Of a stretch of DNA of 64,000 bases, positions 39,901 to 54,700 are shown piece by piece. The notes beneath the pieces are model-generated. The model was not told the DNA's origin, searched no databases, and was given only the letters and a program-made list of their open reading frames with translations. The DNA comes from Lingula anatina (lineage: Eukaryota > Animalia > Brachiopoda): positions 23,298,225 to 23,362,224 of the forward strand of contig CM120640.1 in assembly GCA_051362555.1 (NCBI GenBank). The letters run 5' to 3'. Within the stretch, counting starts at the first letter, position 1; every line of letters begins with the position of its first letter. A program made the translations under genes and the position numbers.

Positions 39901-42900
39901 TACCCGCTGTATTCTTGATCCGACAACATTAACTCATAACAAGACTACGTTTATTTCCGCATTGTATGAGCGGATAGGGAAAAAACCCAACGTTTCATAC
40001 CCTCTGAGTCAAAGTTCTAAAACCTACCGAAAAGTGACTTTTTCTGTAACTGCGTAGACGTTGAACCATGTTCTTATTTGCACAGTAAAATGTGCTATAT
40101 TAGGTGGACTAGCTATCAATAATAAATTAATTAAATGATAGATTGACCAAAACTCAGTTATTTCTATTACATTTTTGTGCCAGTTACATGCAAATCACAA
40201 CCCGCCTTCTGCAAACTTCTCTTTGAAATATCTAAGTTCATCTGGATACACTTAAAAGCTGTCAGGCGAAAGTTGATGTCACTTTTATTAGTATTTTATG
40301 TTTCCGGTTATTCTATAAATAGGTAGGAAATAAGTGCTTTCCAATTGAAATTCAAACGCTGAGGTTATGAATGCTTCAACCCCACGTAGATGATGGTGTG
40401 TTTCAGCGCCCTATAGCACTTGTGACATGCATGTATATTGCGCAAAGGTTAAGCAGCAATGGAACTATTTTGGTGCACACGTATCATAAAAAAAGTTCAG
40501 TACAGGTACACTACGTTGCCACTTGTTCTACATACAGGAATGGACAGGCCCAATTGAGAGTAAATCAGTCGGTGCAGCTCTAAATGAATCTATTCTAGGT
40601 CTGTAGCACAATTTGTTGTGCTGTAGCACAATTTGTCATTATATGCTGTGAAAAATGATATGTTGTACCACACATTTAGATGTTATTTGGTAATTTATCC
40701 AATATTTCATATGTTTTAACGGTGCACTTAGCGGTGCAACTATACGGAATATTTATTACTTTTGACCTTAATAGGAGTAATTAGTTCCCACACTCCCAAC
40801 AAACAGTATCTAATTTTGTAACACCTTTTATTGAAATGATATTTTGAAAAAACAGGTAAGAACTCAAAAACAAAGGACGGATTCATAAAAATCATAAACT
40901 GCACTTTTAAGTGCCAATATATTATAAAAAATGTTTTAATATTATTATTATAATTTTATTTATTTATTTTTTGAAAAATTCACATGGTTCAAGTGTTTCG
41001 TGGATTAACACGGTTGTCGGCCCACATCACATGGTGGTTAGAGGACGTACTGCGTCGAGTTCTCTTAAGTATTTTGTTGAATAGTCAAAATATTAAATAT
41101 GAACACAGGGAAAACAAATGGAACAAAATTTTTGGACCAAATGAATTTCACCAAGGCACACAGTTTTCCAATAGCAAACAATGTTAATGACATTCACGAT
41201 TTGCTTTGGAACCAACTTCTTCTGCAAAGGAAATTTGGTTTTGCGTTGATATCTGACGGAAAAAGAAAAAGTAAATTCCATTCAATCTTGACATTTCATT
41301 AACTGTTCAATTAACTTAAAACTATAGTGCTATTAAAATTCACTTTGCTGATTTTTACGATTGGAATTAAGCTAATACTGTGCGGAGTGATCGCCACGTG
41401 TTCTGAAATTTTGCGACAATGGTGCTATCTTACACCTCTGAAAATCACCAAAGGTGGGGAGGGGGGGGAGAGACAAAAACAACATGTTCATCCTCAATCA
41501 ATATGGTTTCAAGTACACCGCACAATGCCCATGCGGGAAATGTGCGATGCCATCTTTGATAGTGATACAGCCTGCGGGGCTACGATTTTTAAAATTTGTC
41601 ACAGGAAAATCGTGCAGGCTACGAACTTTGTGAGTCCGTACGATTTCGAACGATATTGCACGGCCACCGCCTGCCTCCGCACAGACGTGGCACGAAAAGC
41701 GATTTACAGGCAGTATACGAGCACCGCATGGACATACAGTGTATAATGGCAAATGTGATCCAGGCGCATACAAGAATAATATAAGTTGCCTCTTATGGAT
41801 GATGCAAGAAATGTTGATGTGAATTTGACAATCTATTTTGTAATGTTTCTGAAACGGCACTGTTTAAAACACTGTTGTATGGTCTAAACAACACGACGCA
41901 TTTTTCACGTAACTTTAATTAAGCACGATTTCCAAAAAAAAATCCACTTTTGAATTCATCAAAATCTTATTCTATATTTAACATGCGCCACCCCGGTAGA
42001 GAAACCACACACTTAGCATTATTTACTCGCCCTTTAATAGAGATTACATGCACGATGTTGCTTCCATTAAATCAAACCGTGAATGAGGTTTATGTGCTAG
42101 CATATGGAAGGAAGTGGAAACTGAACTTAACAGGTAACAGCAGGCGTCCATTCTTCGGCTCTTGATCCTGATCATAACCCGGTGATCTTACATGTATACT
42201 GCCCAGTAAAGATCAAATGGCTACTGAAGATACAAGACATGAACAACAACAACAACGTCTGACTAAACTGGAATGCAGTAAATATCGCTTGCTGCCAACA
42301 ATGCCAAAATAAATAAATTAAAAAAAATTAAAAAAAATAAATAAATAAAATGCAAGTTTCTTTTGAAATATGCTCGATCATTTTTGTTGTCTATTTGTCA
42401 AAAAAAAAAATCAATTCCCGCAAAACAGATGAGTAGCTACATTTTTTTCTCGTTTATTTTAAGAGATCCCCAGATGATCCCCAGTGACGTCTGATATGCC
42501 CTTCTTCATTCGATTCTGACATCTCATGGTTTGAGAGCATTTAAAAAGGCCATAGTATCTGCCGACCTGTACTCGAGGTCGGTACTGAATGACACCAAGC
42601 AACAGTTTTGGGAACGCAGTACCTTCTTGTCATGTGTCTTGCCTAATCAGTTATGCACTAAGGCTGTACAGTCCATTGTCTAATGGTAAAGTTCTCATCT
42701 TCCAAATATGCAAGTCGAATGCAAGTCTCATGGATTTCAACAGTCAGACCATTTTGGACCGTGCAAAACAATACAGTGTTTCTCCCTCTAATTAGTAAAA
42801 ATATTCTCAGTCTAAAGGGTAAAATGTTTTAAGATAGTTCGATACGTTTAAACGGCTTGAATTGGTCAAAATAGCCTCCATTCCTTTTATGTAAAATAAT

Positions 42901-43055
42901 TATTAAGGTATAAAATTAAACATTTTAGAGCAACATTTTTTCCGTGTAAGAATCGTATTTGTTCATTTTAGCCTTTACGCTCAAACTTAAGCCGAATGAG
43001 ATGGAGATGTAAAAGAAAACGGAGGGTGAGATAATTAAAAGTCGAAGAATCATTA

Positions 43056-43145
43056 GTTGTAGTAGTAGTAGCAGCAGTAGCGGTGGTGGTATTGGTGGTG
43101 ATGATGATGTTAGTAGCAGCAGTAGTAGTAACAGTGGTAATAGTT
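43056..43145. repeat. Degenerate trinucleotide low-complexity tract (GTA/GCA/GTG/ATG)
   Basis: Mixed GTA, GCA, GTG and GAT triplets. Confidence 0.8.
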
Positions 43146-46100
43146 GTATTTGTTATTGTGGCAATAACCTGGTAGTTTTAGCAGTATACATATATACAGT
43201 GGTGGGCACGGCGTGTGTAAAGTGAGTAAAAATGAGCATGAGGCGATTTAATAGCTAATCGAATCTACTTTTTACATCCACACAAAAGTATGTTAAAAGT
43301 GCACAAAACCAGGCCTACAAGTATGATGACAATTATTGAAATAGGTGCATCAGTTTTAACAATGACGGCTAAATTGTATAAAAGGATAACTAAAAAAAAT
43401 CAATACCAATCTTCCTTATTTGCAATCATTTTTTATGGAATTTCCGTTCCTGTTCTTAAAGCGTTTTTCGAATTCGGTTAGAATGGAATAGTATTCAAGG
43501 TACTTTTTTTGAAATTCAGTATGTTACCTGCATTTCTCTTCCGCCAGGTGGCTTCTGTAGCAAACAGATGGGTATACTTGCTCGAAGAAAACAACTAGAT
43601 GTTTTTTTGCGATAATGACTCTAGACTTTCAGGAACACTTCCTCATTCGAAATGAATTGCTCTGAAATGAGATATAGACAGTCATTAAAACTAAATGGGC
43701 AACTCAAAATACGCACTAATTCAATTGTTAGATTCTATCGCAAGGTTCGTATCTTCGTAAATTCTTGCTGAGAGCGTGCCATCTCCAGAGATTTACAAAA
43801 TATTGATCGTGTGAAAAGTGACTAGATGTCTCGTCTCACATTTAATTATGTATCAGTTAAAGTCAATTAAAAGATTCTCCACTTACATCGAAAAATTCCA
43901 AGAGTTGGTGCTGTACCACATGAAATTCTTTTCTCCGGTTCCATTAGACTTCGGCGACGACGTTGGAATCGTTCAGTGGCTTGCAGGACTTTTGGCAAAT
44001 TTCAAGAAAAACGTATGCTTTTATAAAAAGGTATTCACACAAAAAAGTGGCCATCATTTCAATTTCATTACACGAGAAAATAAATCTTTCTTAATTCATC
44101 AAATACATCCTGTAAAAAAGACATTTAATGCTCTGTTACACACGGTTCCCCCTTAGCCCTGTTCGGTTTCAATAACACTGAACTGGCTCACTGCACATAA
44201 TCTATCACCACGGAACCCTTTTGATACGACGGAAACACCTCTACACCGCGTGAAATTATAGAAATATTATTGCTCCTGTGAAGAAATCGCTTTCGGTTAA
44301 TTTAAAATCACTGGAGAATTGATACTGCTGGGATCTTCCGAGAATTCCCAAAGGCAGGCGTGAAAATCAGGTGCGAAAAGGAACTGGGTAATTGGGTTCG
44401 CTTATATCACTTACATGACAGCCATAGATCTTTAGTTCAAAACTACAACACGGAGACTTACTGCAAAGCGTTTCGTCCACGATTTATTTTGATGGAAGGT
44501 TTAAAAACTTCCTCAATAATCGTCAACACGTGAAGAATGTATTAATAGTGTGTGATAAGAGGCGTTTCTGAAATGAGTTCCGTGCGAGCACTTAACAAAA
44601 GACTTATTACATCACAAATCTTTTCTGTCAAGAAGAAGATCATGAGGCAAACGAAGGTATATATGTTAGAAGAAACATAACATTACAAGAAAATCAAAGC
44701 ACTGTTAAAGCTCGATATTTTGCTCGATCTTGTGGAAAGCAGCTCAATTATAATCCTGCTGAGTTAAGGGCCAGTCATCGCCAAATTTGAATCAAGTTCT
44801 CAGAATTATACGTTGTTTGACGTTTAGATCGGTGGCTCAAAGAATGCTATCCTCAACGCGCGTCCGTGGTTTGCGGTTGTTCAAGTGCACACACGAATGA
44901 CTCCCACTGTTGTTTCGCAGAAAAGTGGAAAGAAACTGCATGGTTCAGATTCAGAGCCCGTTTTTGTAATACTGACTCAACTTCGTTGAGCTGTGAGAGG
45001 GTGATACGTACTTTTCTTCTCCCTTATACACGCCTAGACAGAAGAGTGAGCAAAACATGCGTCATAACAACAACTGCCATTTTCTTAAAGATTGGGAGAA
45101 ATGGTCTTGAAATAAATTAGATATGTATTTTCGTGTTTTGGGTGTCAGATAGTCAGAAGGAACAAATAAGATATTCACAACGGACTGTACATCTGTTCAT
45201 ATGTGTAATTCGTTCTTTTTACGATTGAATATAATGAGCCGCTGGTACCAGCAAGACTGCTGATATAAGGTGAGATTTATCGTATGGATGTTAGGTCCTA
45301 GCTTGAAGTAGATATAGAAAATAGCAACTTAGTTCAAAATTCTGCGTCTTTATATTTTAATTTTTTTAAAAAGAAAAATAAACTGACGTGTTAAAACATG
45401 TATGCATCCTTCATATATATACGCGTGCGTGTTGGCTCAATTACCCCTTGTAAATTGAAAAAAGTGTTTTAGTTTCCATGGCCGGATACAAACACAATTT
45501 AATGTGTAAATACATCCCTGTGTTCTGTTCCCACATGTATTTCCTGCTCAGTTGCTTTCAGAATAGTGGGTGTTTCTTTCTACGCATCATGCATCTTCAT
45601 TCAAAGGTAACAATATACTTTACTTGCACTTCTTGATCTTTGAAATTTATCAAAATACACCTGTTTCTGTGTGAACTTTGGCAGTAAATAAGAAGGATTT
45701 GACTCTGTATTGGCATCTTCGCACTTGGTACATGTATACACATTGGTCATATTTAAAAGTTCTGAGTTTTTTTCGTCAAAACTTTCCTTGATCCAAAGCC
45801 TTTGTAGTACTATTAGTTTAAATCCATGTCAAGGTTTTCTTACCCTGAGTGTCAGAGCAACGTAAAAGCCAACTAGCTTAAATATACCTTGTGATGGAGT
45901 CGCTTTTACTTGCGACATGGGTTATATGTGAAATCAAGATCGAGCTGGCAATACCGGAATCTAGAACCTAGGGTAGGTTTTCTAATCCGAAAGTAAAATG
46001 TTTCATATATATAGTAGTTCAAATGTCCCTTAGTTCAAAACTGAACCCTGACAATTGATTTCTTTATTAATGGTTGTTATATTTATTTTTTATTCTCTCT

Positions 46101-46605
46101 GAAATTTATAGTTCATAATGACGGAAGACGTGGAATTGCTGTAGGGGTCTTATTGAGTTTAGGAGTGCAACCGCATTGCGTCATCTGCTGTGCAAACCTG
46201 GCGCGATGGGAATGCAACGTCAATGTTTTGAAAACTCATTAGTCACAACAGTGTCTACCTAACGCAAACCACGAGTCGCAAACCACCAATGTCTCCTTGC
46301 TGTGTGTGACATTTTGTCTTTTCATTGCGAATTAAACCTATAATAATAATAATAACAATAATAATAATAGTGAGTGAACATTGGGTGGAAGACTGGTCTC
46401 CGGTGTTACCGTCTCATGGTGTCGTGGTGCTCAAATAGTCGTAATAATAGTGGAGTTTAATTTTGAATAAGAAAGATCCCCTGTCACTCTGGTAGAGATG
46501 CTGGTATTGATATAATACTTAAAATATATGAATTTCCTATTTCTTTTCCTCTGCCTATCCCTACTCTAACCTGCCTAATGAATCCTAGACAACCATCTAA
46601 CCTAA

Positions 46606-46946
46606 GGCGCCCTTTTCACAGAACTGTGAACTGCCTGTCTTGTGCGACCAAAAATATGACCAGGGCGCTCAATGGTCACCAAAGCCAGAAAATCGTGTCT
46701 CTTGATAAGTACTTCTGCCTCCTTAGAACGACCAAACATTGACCATATCAGTTGAACTACGAGCGACCTGTGCGTCTACTAAGCAACTTGCCTGCCTTTC
46801 CTGTGGGTCCACTATGCAACCTACGGCTTCCAACGCTTACTGACAACCATTGATGTCTTTATTAAGATAGAAAGGTGCAGGTGATTTGGCCAGTTTCATG
46901 ATCGCACATAAAAGGCACAAGGGTCGCCTTTCTGTATAAAGGGGGT
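46606..46946. mobile_element. Probable PIF/Harbinger-like MITE
   Basis: TAA|GGCGCCCTTTTCACAGAA ... TTCTGTATAAAGGGGGT|TAA. Imperfect TIRs with TAA flanks and internal GCGACC-like subrepeats. Confidence 0.45.
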
Positions 46947-47029
46947 TAAACTAGTATAGCCTCGATCGGCATCTAACTTTGCTTCCGAATTCAGCCGCTA
47001 CCTACAGTAAGGACACATTGGTGACTGAA

Positions 47030-47960
47030 TGGATTGGTACATTTACTGCAGTTTTTATTCAAAGACAAGCAATTTTTTAACAAAGTTACGGTACTATAGG
47101 ACAATGGCTTTGGACAACTGTGGGAGTGAGACAAGGGTGCAGATTATCTTCTACTCTTTTCAACATCTTTATAGAAAGAATCATGAGTGAAGCATTGGAA
47201 ACCATACGAGTATCATCAATATTTGAGGGAAAATCTCCCTAATATCAACTTTACAAATGGCAAAGATGGCATTCTAGGGACCAAAAAGGAACTTTTTAAC
47301 ATGATCCGCCAATTTAAAATAACCTCCACAAAATTTGGAATGAAAATCGGTGGGGAGAAATCTAAAATTATATCAAATAAAAGTGACACCTTTACAAAGA
47401 GTTTTTAGATAAAAGATGAAATTCGCCAATCAGTGGGTCAGTTCAAATACCTTGGGGCCATTATTAGAGATAAACGCTCTAAACCAGAAATTACGGGTAG
47501 GAAAGTGTTAACTGCATCTGCGTAAGCTCAAACATTTCTGGGGGGATATATAAGAACCTCGCAATCACAAATAGGATCAGATTTTTAAGGTCGCTGATTC
47601 CTTCAATATCCCTTGCATGTGAGACATGGATTTTGACAACAGACCTGGTAACTGAAATCAGATACTGCCGTAATCTTTGCGCATTTCATATAAAGGCCAA
47701 ATCAATAGTGACAAACGCATCACTTGATGCACACTGGTCAATATGATAAGAAAGCATTGTTGGTACAAACATCAGTACATGTCAAAAGATCAAATAGCCT
47801 TGCAAAAAATGTGGCCCAAAGCACAGATGAGGCAAAGAGACAGACAAAGGGGGTTTTGAAAATGCAATATTATGTATGGTCAGACATTAACTTCTCCCTA
47901 ATCCAGGGATTGGCACACAACTGAAAAGAATGGTAAATTTTGGTGCTCACCGTGTCAGCC
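47030..47960 (+). mobile_element. Degenerate, 5'-truncated RTE-clade LINE (reverse transcriptase remnant)
   Basis: Translates with stops and frameshifts to GTIGQWLWTTVGVRQGCRLSSTLFNIFIERIMSEALE (RT domain 4), NINFTNGKDG (decayed NLRFADDIDG), FGMKIGGEKSKII, and FKYLGAII..KRSKPEI. The later ACETWIL is typical of RTE ORF2. Confidence 0.85.
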
Positions 47961-50900
47961 CATCAGCTCCGTGATTCTATATTATGGAATTAAAGTAGAT
48001 CGGTGCGTTCAACTGGCCTAAATTGGTTAAAATAGCTCTTTTTCATTTCTTTTTGGTAAAATACTTTTCTAGATATAAGTGCAATAAAATTTAACTCTTT
48101 TAGAGCAAAAGTTCCCTTTTTCGTTGTTTTATTCACAACCCCAAGTTTTAAGCTCCGCCCCCTCAATTTAACTGCTTTGTATATTGGTGTAAAAAAAGTG
48201 ATCGGTTTTTTCTTCGTAACTCCATAACTAAAGGATGTTGACCGTTATCATCATGATTATCAATGTGGTTGCTGTTTTTTTGACTGAGCCATTTTGCGAC
48301 AACCTCCGTGAGTTATTAATACTTACCTTCTGAGTCAGCCTATTTCATACTATATGCGGTGGTTGAAGGCAAAACTAGAAGGACGGTAGGAAGAAAAGGT
48401 TGGTCCAATATAATTCAGAGCAAGGGGCATTTGCTTTTATGCGATATCGGGGTAAAGCAAGATTTTCATTGAGGGCTAAATATTCGGAATAACGAATATT
48501 CTGCTGGGGATAAAATCTTTCGGAATTGAAAATTGTCGTTTTATTGGATGTTTGGATAAATAAATTCCGACACAAAAATACTTCGGAATAGCGAGATGAC
48601 ACAGAGAGTTATGTGATCTTTCACTCAGCTGAGTGCAGTGAAAGCGCAGATGAAAACTTATATGCCGCAAACCATTTTGATAGGTTCAAGATTCTCATCC
48701 CAGCAGGCAAGTAGCACTATAGCAATTTCGTAAATAACACTTCCCAAATACAGTGACTAACTCAATAGACGTTCCAATACTTACAGATCATTACTTGGTA
48801 CTTAAAGGAAATAAACACCTACAAGAACCCCATACCTCTAGTATGAGCACTGTATGATTGTCGAAAACTTGAATTAGAAAGTCCAGGTGCTCTCAACTCT
48901 CTCCCACTCCAGGTTACAATGAGCCCCTGCAAAGACTGGGTGAATAACCGTAAGCTGAATTACCCCATAACTTATTGGGACCAAGTCATACTTGCTAACC
49001 TCACGATTCGAAGGAAAGAGTCCTGTTAAGGTTAAAACATAGTCTACATGAATTTATTGATGCACAATATATAGCCAAATGTGGAATATTTCGGTTTACT
49101 GTACCCGTTATGTATTCTGTATCCATACATCATTCGAATTGCGACGGCAAATTTCATAAATCAGCCTTTGATGCCAGATTTCAAGTTTGGGTATGTTGTA
49201 CAATGGATGCATGTTTGGGTATCAATATACTGTATGCTTGGATAATTTGATGAGCAAGACACATGCATGAAAGTAACACACCATAAACCACTGCATAATG
49301 TTTATATAGACATAATTTCACGAGTAAAATTGAATAACAATTACCAAATTATCTTTATTATTATTATTTGCTGCAATTTTTAATAAATTTCCTTCAAGCA
49401 TCTATGTCCACGTTTCAGAATTCTGAATTTCTCATTTTTGGTCTTCTCCAGAATTTCTACAAATGACATCTTCATTACACTAATTGGTATCTCCAGCAAT
49501 GGAACCTGGCATTCTTAGACTATTGCCCAGCTTATTTACAACAGCTAACTGCAACACAGATACCACTAAACTTTGTTTTTAACCAAGCCCATATTCAATA
49601 TTCCAGTGAATATTCTAACGCATATTGTCGTGAATTTCATTTAAGGCAAAAGCGTATGAGTCGATTCCACACTGACAAAAATCGTTTTAAATTCAGAAGT
49701 TTTTTATCTGTCCAGCAGCATTAAGATTTGATGCGTGAAGGAAATGCTTACTTCTTTGAGACGTGCCGCCTTTTGGCACAGCCATATGCTTCTTACCAAT
49801 AATAATAAAAAGAAACCACACTCACCAGTTTTATTGTTAATTCATCCTGAAGCATTGCAGAACCAAACAAATAGATTAACTCATTATTTCTTCTCATCTT
49901 TGGTGTCTTATTTTTTATTCTTAATGGAAAAAGAAGGCGACAGGGTCATCTTTTTAATGGGGAAATCGCGCACTAAAGTCATCCCGTTTGCAACATAATG
50001 AGCAAACTACCCACTCAATCTGGAACCTTTAATGGAAAGGTCCCCCCTCTGGGTACTTTCCCATCCCTAGATCATTATATGAGGCCAGTGTGATGGCACA
50101 AATGTAGTTTAAGCCCGCGCGTGAAGACCCTGGGGTTAGGAACATACGAGAGCGTGTGATACGTTTATTTCTTGCGCTCTGTTAGTGTCTGGCCGCTTGA
50201 TTACTGTCATCATGCTCATGGGTTTATACTTTTACTTTATGGGGGAAAAGCAGAACTGAACTGAAACATCATGTGTAGAAGATCTCTTAACCACCTTCAT
50301 TTGATCAAGTGGAGCCTAGCAAATGACTTCGTGCAGAACACAAGATTTAACTTTACCTTAGAATATCACGACTATGAGCATTTGCATAACTTTCGTTTTC
50401 GCAATGACAGTACATTACCGTACATGTTCTTTTGACGTGCAGTATTTATATATCGAATTCTAACTAAAATAGTCAGATAACAGTAATTTATCTTTTATAG
50501 AATTTTTTGCTGAATGCATAATTCTTCCCTAATCTTGGTGCACTACGCGAATGATTCAAAATGTCAGAGTACAAGCAGCTACGAAAGATGATTAATTTCG
50601 TTATTATACTGTCGAAATATCACATGAAATCCGTTAAGGCATCTATCAGCTGGTCTGGGCAAAATAACAGTTGTGTTCAAGCAGGATTCACCATAAACAA
50701 AAATAGTAATCAAGGCCGAGCCTAGCTTTGAGGAACACTGTCTTTGAAAGATCTGAAGAGTCTCTGTCACTGTAAAGCTTTATTGTTCAGATTTAGTACC
50801 GGTGCTGACAAAATATTTCGTTTTTTTCAGAAAGACTTTATTGGACTGTGTCGTTTTTCTCGTAAAAGTCCATGCAATTTGTATAAATTGCAATTCTCCA

Positions 50901-52603
50901 CGTAAATGGCAATAACTAATACAATTATCTGACGAGATAGGTCAACAGCTGGAAGTGTCCAAGTGCAATCTCCTTGAAACATATTTATACTCCATTGTTT
51001 TCTTCTTTGCTACTATAAAACCATCAACTAATCACAACTAGTGACTGTTAGGTAAGAAATGAATGGGGACATTACAAGCTACATGTGTCAAGAATATTGA
51101 CAGCATAAAACTTACAATTAAATGACTAATTGTTTTCTACAATGTCAAGCCGCTTCCCTCTAGCTCCTGTGCCCTCCCAAACCTCTCACATAACAGCGAA
51201 TTTTCTTTCACGGTTTTATTTTCTTAGAATGTATACAGACACAATTTCTGTGGAGCGGGTAACGCCCTAGGGTGCATAAAACCCTTATGACTCCCTATCC
51301 TTGATTACAGGACGTGATCTGATGAGCGAAAACCCAAGCCACGCGTTTAACTATCGCCCGGTGCGCCTATTACCCTTGATCTCAGTACATCTGTCATTGT
51401 TTCGCGGGTGAATCTAAGGACAAAGGACAAAAAGGGCGCCATTCATCTTCGATCATCAATATCTAAAATAGCTTGCTTTATTGCTTAAGTTCGATACAGG
51501 CAACAGAACAGATACCTGTTGATACGATGGAATTTCGAAGCACTGACGTTAATCCGCCATATCCTGCCTCACGTTCACAATGGCGTGTGATCGATCTCCT
51601 CACTGACACAAGCGGTTATTGTGAGGTTTTATTGCATCCTTCATTATTGCCTTCAAGGAAAATCACTGTATTGACAAGCCGTTTAATTACTGTGGCCGGC
51701 GGTAACGTTCACCTCGCGTGTAAAGAACAGGAAAGAGCGAGGAATCGCATCTTAATTATTATACCTGATCACGTTGGGAATCGGATTTTTTGGCACGCGA
51801 AAAGTTTTTTTATTTAATAATTCTAGGTATTCCAGGTAAGATTGGCTGCGCTCGGATTCTGAGAATACCCACTGACCTATTTCATAGGTGAATCGGATTC
51901 AAGACAAACATTTTGTAATTAACGCTACGCATATGGTTTTTTTTAGCAACTTCATGGTAATCAAAATAAAGTACACAAGAGATCGTGTGCAACAACACGT
52001 AACTTCTCGGAATTAAATTGGCAACAGAGAAAAAGAGTTTCAAAAGAAATTAAGATCAGTTGGTTGGAAAAGTTGGGGGGTTTATCGATATATCAAGAAA
52101 CTTGTCTTTAGAGGACTTAAAGTTGCATTAAAAGGTTCCTGACCACGTGCAGTATATAGGTGAAAAGTTGTCAGAGTATCAGAGGACACCTTTGGGGGAA
52201 TTCAAATAAATTTTCCATTACAACTGTTCCATTACTGTTTTAGAATTCGAGACCAGACAATACATTTGAACTTCATGTTTAAGAATTCAGTCTTTTCGGT
52301 TTTAAGTGGTTGTGAATGTAAAGGACCTTATTGAATTATAAGAGCTACAGTTCGTATTGGACTAATTTTATCATGTCGAAGATATTTCCCATCAATGATA
52401 TATCGACTTACAGGCTCAGGAGAGAATTCGTGCGAAATACATCATGAAATGAGCATATATCGTACTTGTGATATTCTCCCTTCATTGCCCTTGGTCACTT
52501 ATTCATTCCAAACTCCATATCCAAATAATCAAAAACCATTACCTTCTTTCGACATCACAACTAACATAGCTTCTAGAAGATACATAATGGCAATGTGCAA
52601 AAA

Positions 52604-52614
52604 ATAAAAATAAA

Positions 52615-52660
<46 letters not shown>

Positions 52661-52690
52661 AATAATGATTATAATAAAAATAATAATAAA
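52604..52690. repeat. (TAAA)n/(TAA)n microsatellite
   Basis: A-rich tetra- and trinucleotide run. Confidence 0.9.
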
Positions 52691-53279
52691 AACTCCTTTT
52701 TATACAGTATTCCAAAAATGTTACCCATTCTGATTGTAGTTTTTTTTAAATGCGAGTACTGTTTAATAATTAATGACAAACTCAATCCATGCACGGTGTA
52801 GCAAATAGTTACGTCTAAAACTGGTTAGAAAGGGGTAGCTACCGACCTACGGTGATAATTTTTAGCAGATAAATTGTCAATAGAATGTTAACACAGACTT
52901 CAATCCCTTTAACCCCCCCCCCCCCCATAAAAAGATATAACTGTAAATAACTTTTTGCACAGGTAGAAAGCAATAGACAAGATAGAATAGCATAAGACGA
53001 CGTATGAGCAAGGCCACTGTATCGATCGTCTCAACAAGATGAAACCACAGTGACATTTTAATGACTCTTTCATTATGTGGCGTCGACCCGACCAGAGCAC
53101 AGAGTAGTCGTAGAATTTGAAGAATGCATCTAGACTCCAATTAATTTTCACGTGTTTACCTCAACACAAAGCATTTATGCAACGTTCATGTGAGGTTGTA
53201 AGAAAACCCGTCTTATAGAACAAGTAAAGTAAGTAAATGTAAAATAAATTAAGTAAGAACTATATATCTGGGGAAAAAG

Positions 53280-54440
53280 AAATTACATTTTATAGTCAAT
53301 AGGGATTCTTCCAAGTAGAACAAAAACGATTTTGACAGTGCCCTCTATCCAACAATCACTGAAGATGAAAGAACATGTGGTACAGGTTTGATTTTTCTAT
53401 TTGCTCACAATCAGACTGGCAACACATTAATGCAGGTGTACCACAAGGCACAAAACTTGGTCCAGTTTTATTTGTCATTATGATTAACGATCTGAGCACC
53501 AAATGTGACACATTCAAATATGTACATGTAGATGACACCACATTTCTAAGCTACGGGAATACCAAACTGCAGGACAATCTCCCTGATGCAACAACAGAAC
53601 TCACTCTCTGGACCCATGTTAATAAACTAACAATAAATACTACCAAGACCAAAGAGATATTTGATTTCTCCAAAAAAAGGACACAAAACTACACCCTTAC
53701 TAGTAGATAATCAAAGGATTGAGAGAGTGGGGTCTGCTGCCTTTTAAGGGTTAGGATCAGTAGTGATATGAGCTGGGAAGGTCTCATCTGTAACATTTGT
53801 TACAAAGCAAGTAAAAGGCTACACAATCTTAAACTTTTGAAAAGAGCAGGCATTCCAACCAATGAACTTGTAAGCTTTTACACATCAGTAATCAGACCTT
53901 CATTAGAATATGCATGTCAGGTGTGGCACCCAGGTCTCACACAACAACAAGTTGATAAAATTGAATCCATCCAGATTAGAGCATGTAAGATTATATTCCC
54001 AGAGCTGCCCTATGATGTAGCACTTGAAACGTGTAAACTTATCACTCTTGTTTGTAGAAGAGATGAACTATCTAAAACATTATTGCATAACATGTACTCC
54101 GAAGGACACAAAATCCATCATTTGCTACCAGAGATAAATGAAAGTTCCTACACTTTGCACCGGGTTTATAAGTACACTGGGCCAAAACTGAAGACTGAAC
54201 GATCATCCAAAACTTTTATCCCATGGGCTTTATCAAATTTTAAGAACTGAGGCTTTTATGAAGTTTTAATGTGTATTGAATCATTTTAACACTTACAAGT
54301 ATATTTTAGGATTGTGCATCTCACCACTATTTGTTTTTATTGTAAAATCCAACTTTTTAAGTTGCAAATAAATACATATTATCATTATTATTATGTGTAT
54401 TCTCCAAAGGTTGCAACTTACGATATCTTTAACTTTTAAC
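53280..54440 (+). mobile_element. 5'-truncated CR1/L2-group LINE: frameshifted RT C-terminal half plus 3' tail
   Basis: SDWQHINAGVPQGTKLGPVLFVIMINDL, KYV(HV)DDTT and INTTKTKE. After frameshifts: KASKRLHNLKLLKRAG...FYTSVIRPSLEYACQVWHPGLT...IESIQIRACKIIFP...KTFIP. These are diagnostic CR1/L2-group ORF2 motifs. Confidence 0.92.
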
Positions 54441-54700
54441 CTTGTCTTATGCGACTCTGCATTAACAATACATAAAACACTTGACATTTTTCTTTGTTTA
54501 CCATATCTAGGGGAAGATACTTTATGAATCAGGAAATTATCTGGTTTAGCTGAGCACAGCTGATTACAACAAGAAATGCCCACGTCAGAACAGATTCTTT
54601 TTCAGTCAATTCCTTAAAATGTTAAATTTTTAATTTTATGAAAAAAGAAAAAAAAAAGAAGCGTCTTGCATGTCACAATTAAATATTGCTGTCAAAAGTC

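Noticed and set aside
41327-41860. GC-richer segment with overlapping 120-139 aa ORFs
   Set aside because: No protein motif. It is more likely a fragment of a non-autonomous repeat (CTACGA/ATCGT subrepeats), but I could not define termini.
42810-48115. Similar AT-rich segments at about 42840-42935 and 48005-48110
   Set aside because: Probably an old dispersed repeat, but similarity and boundaries are too weak to call by eye.
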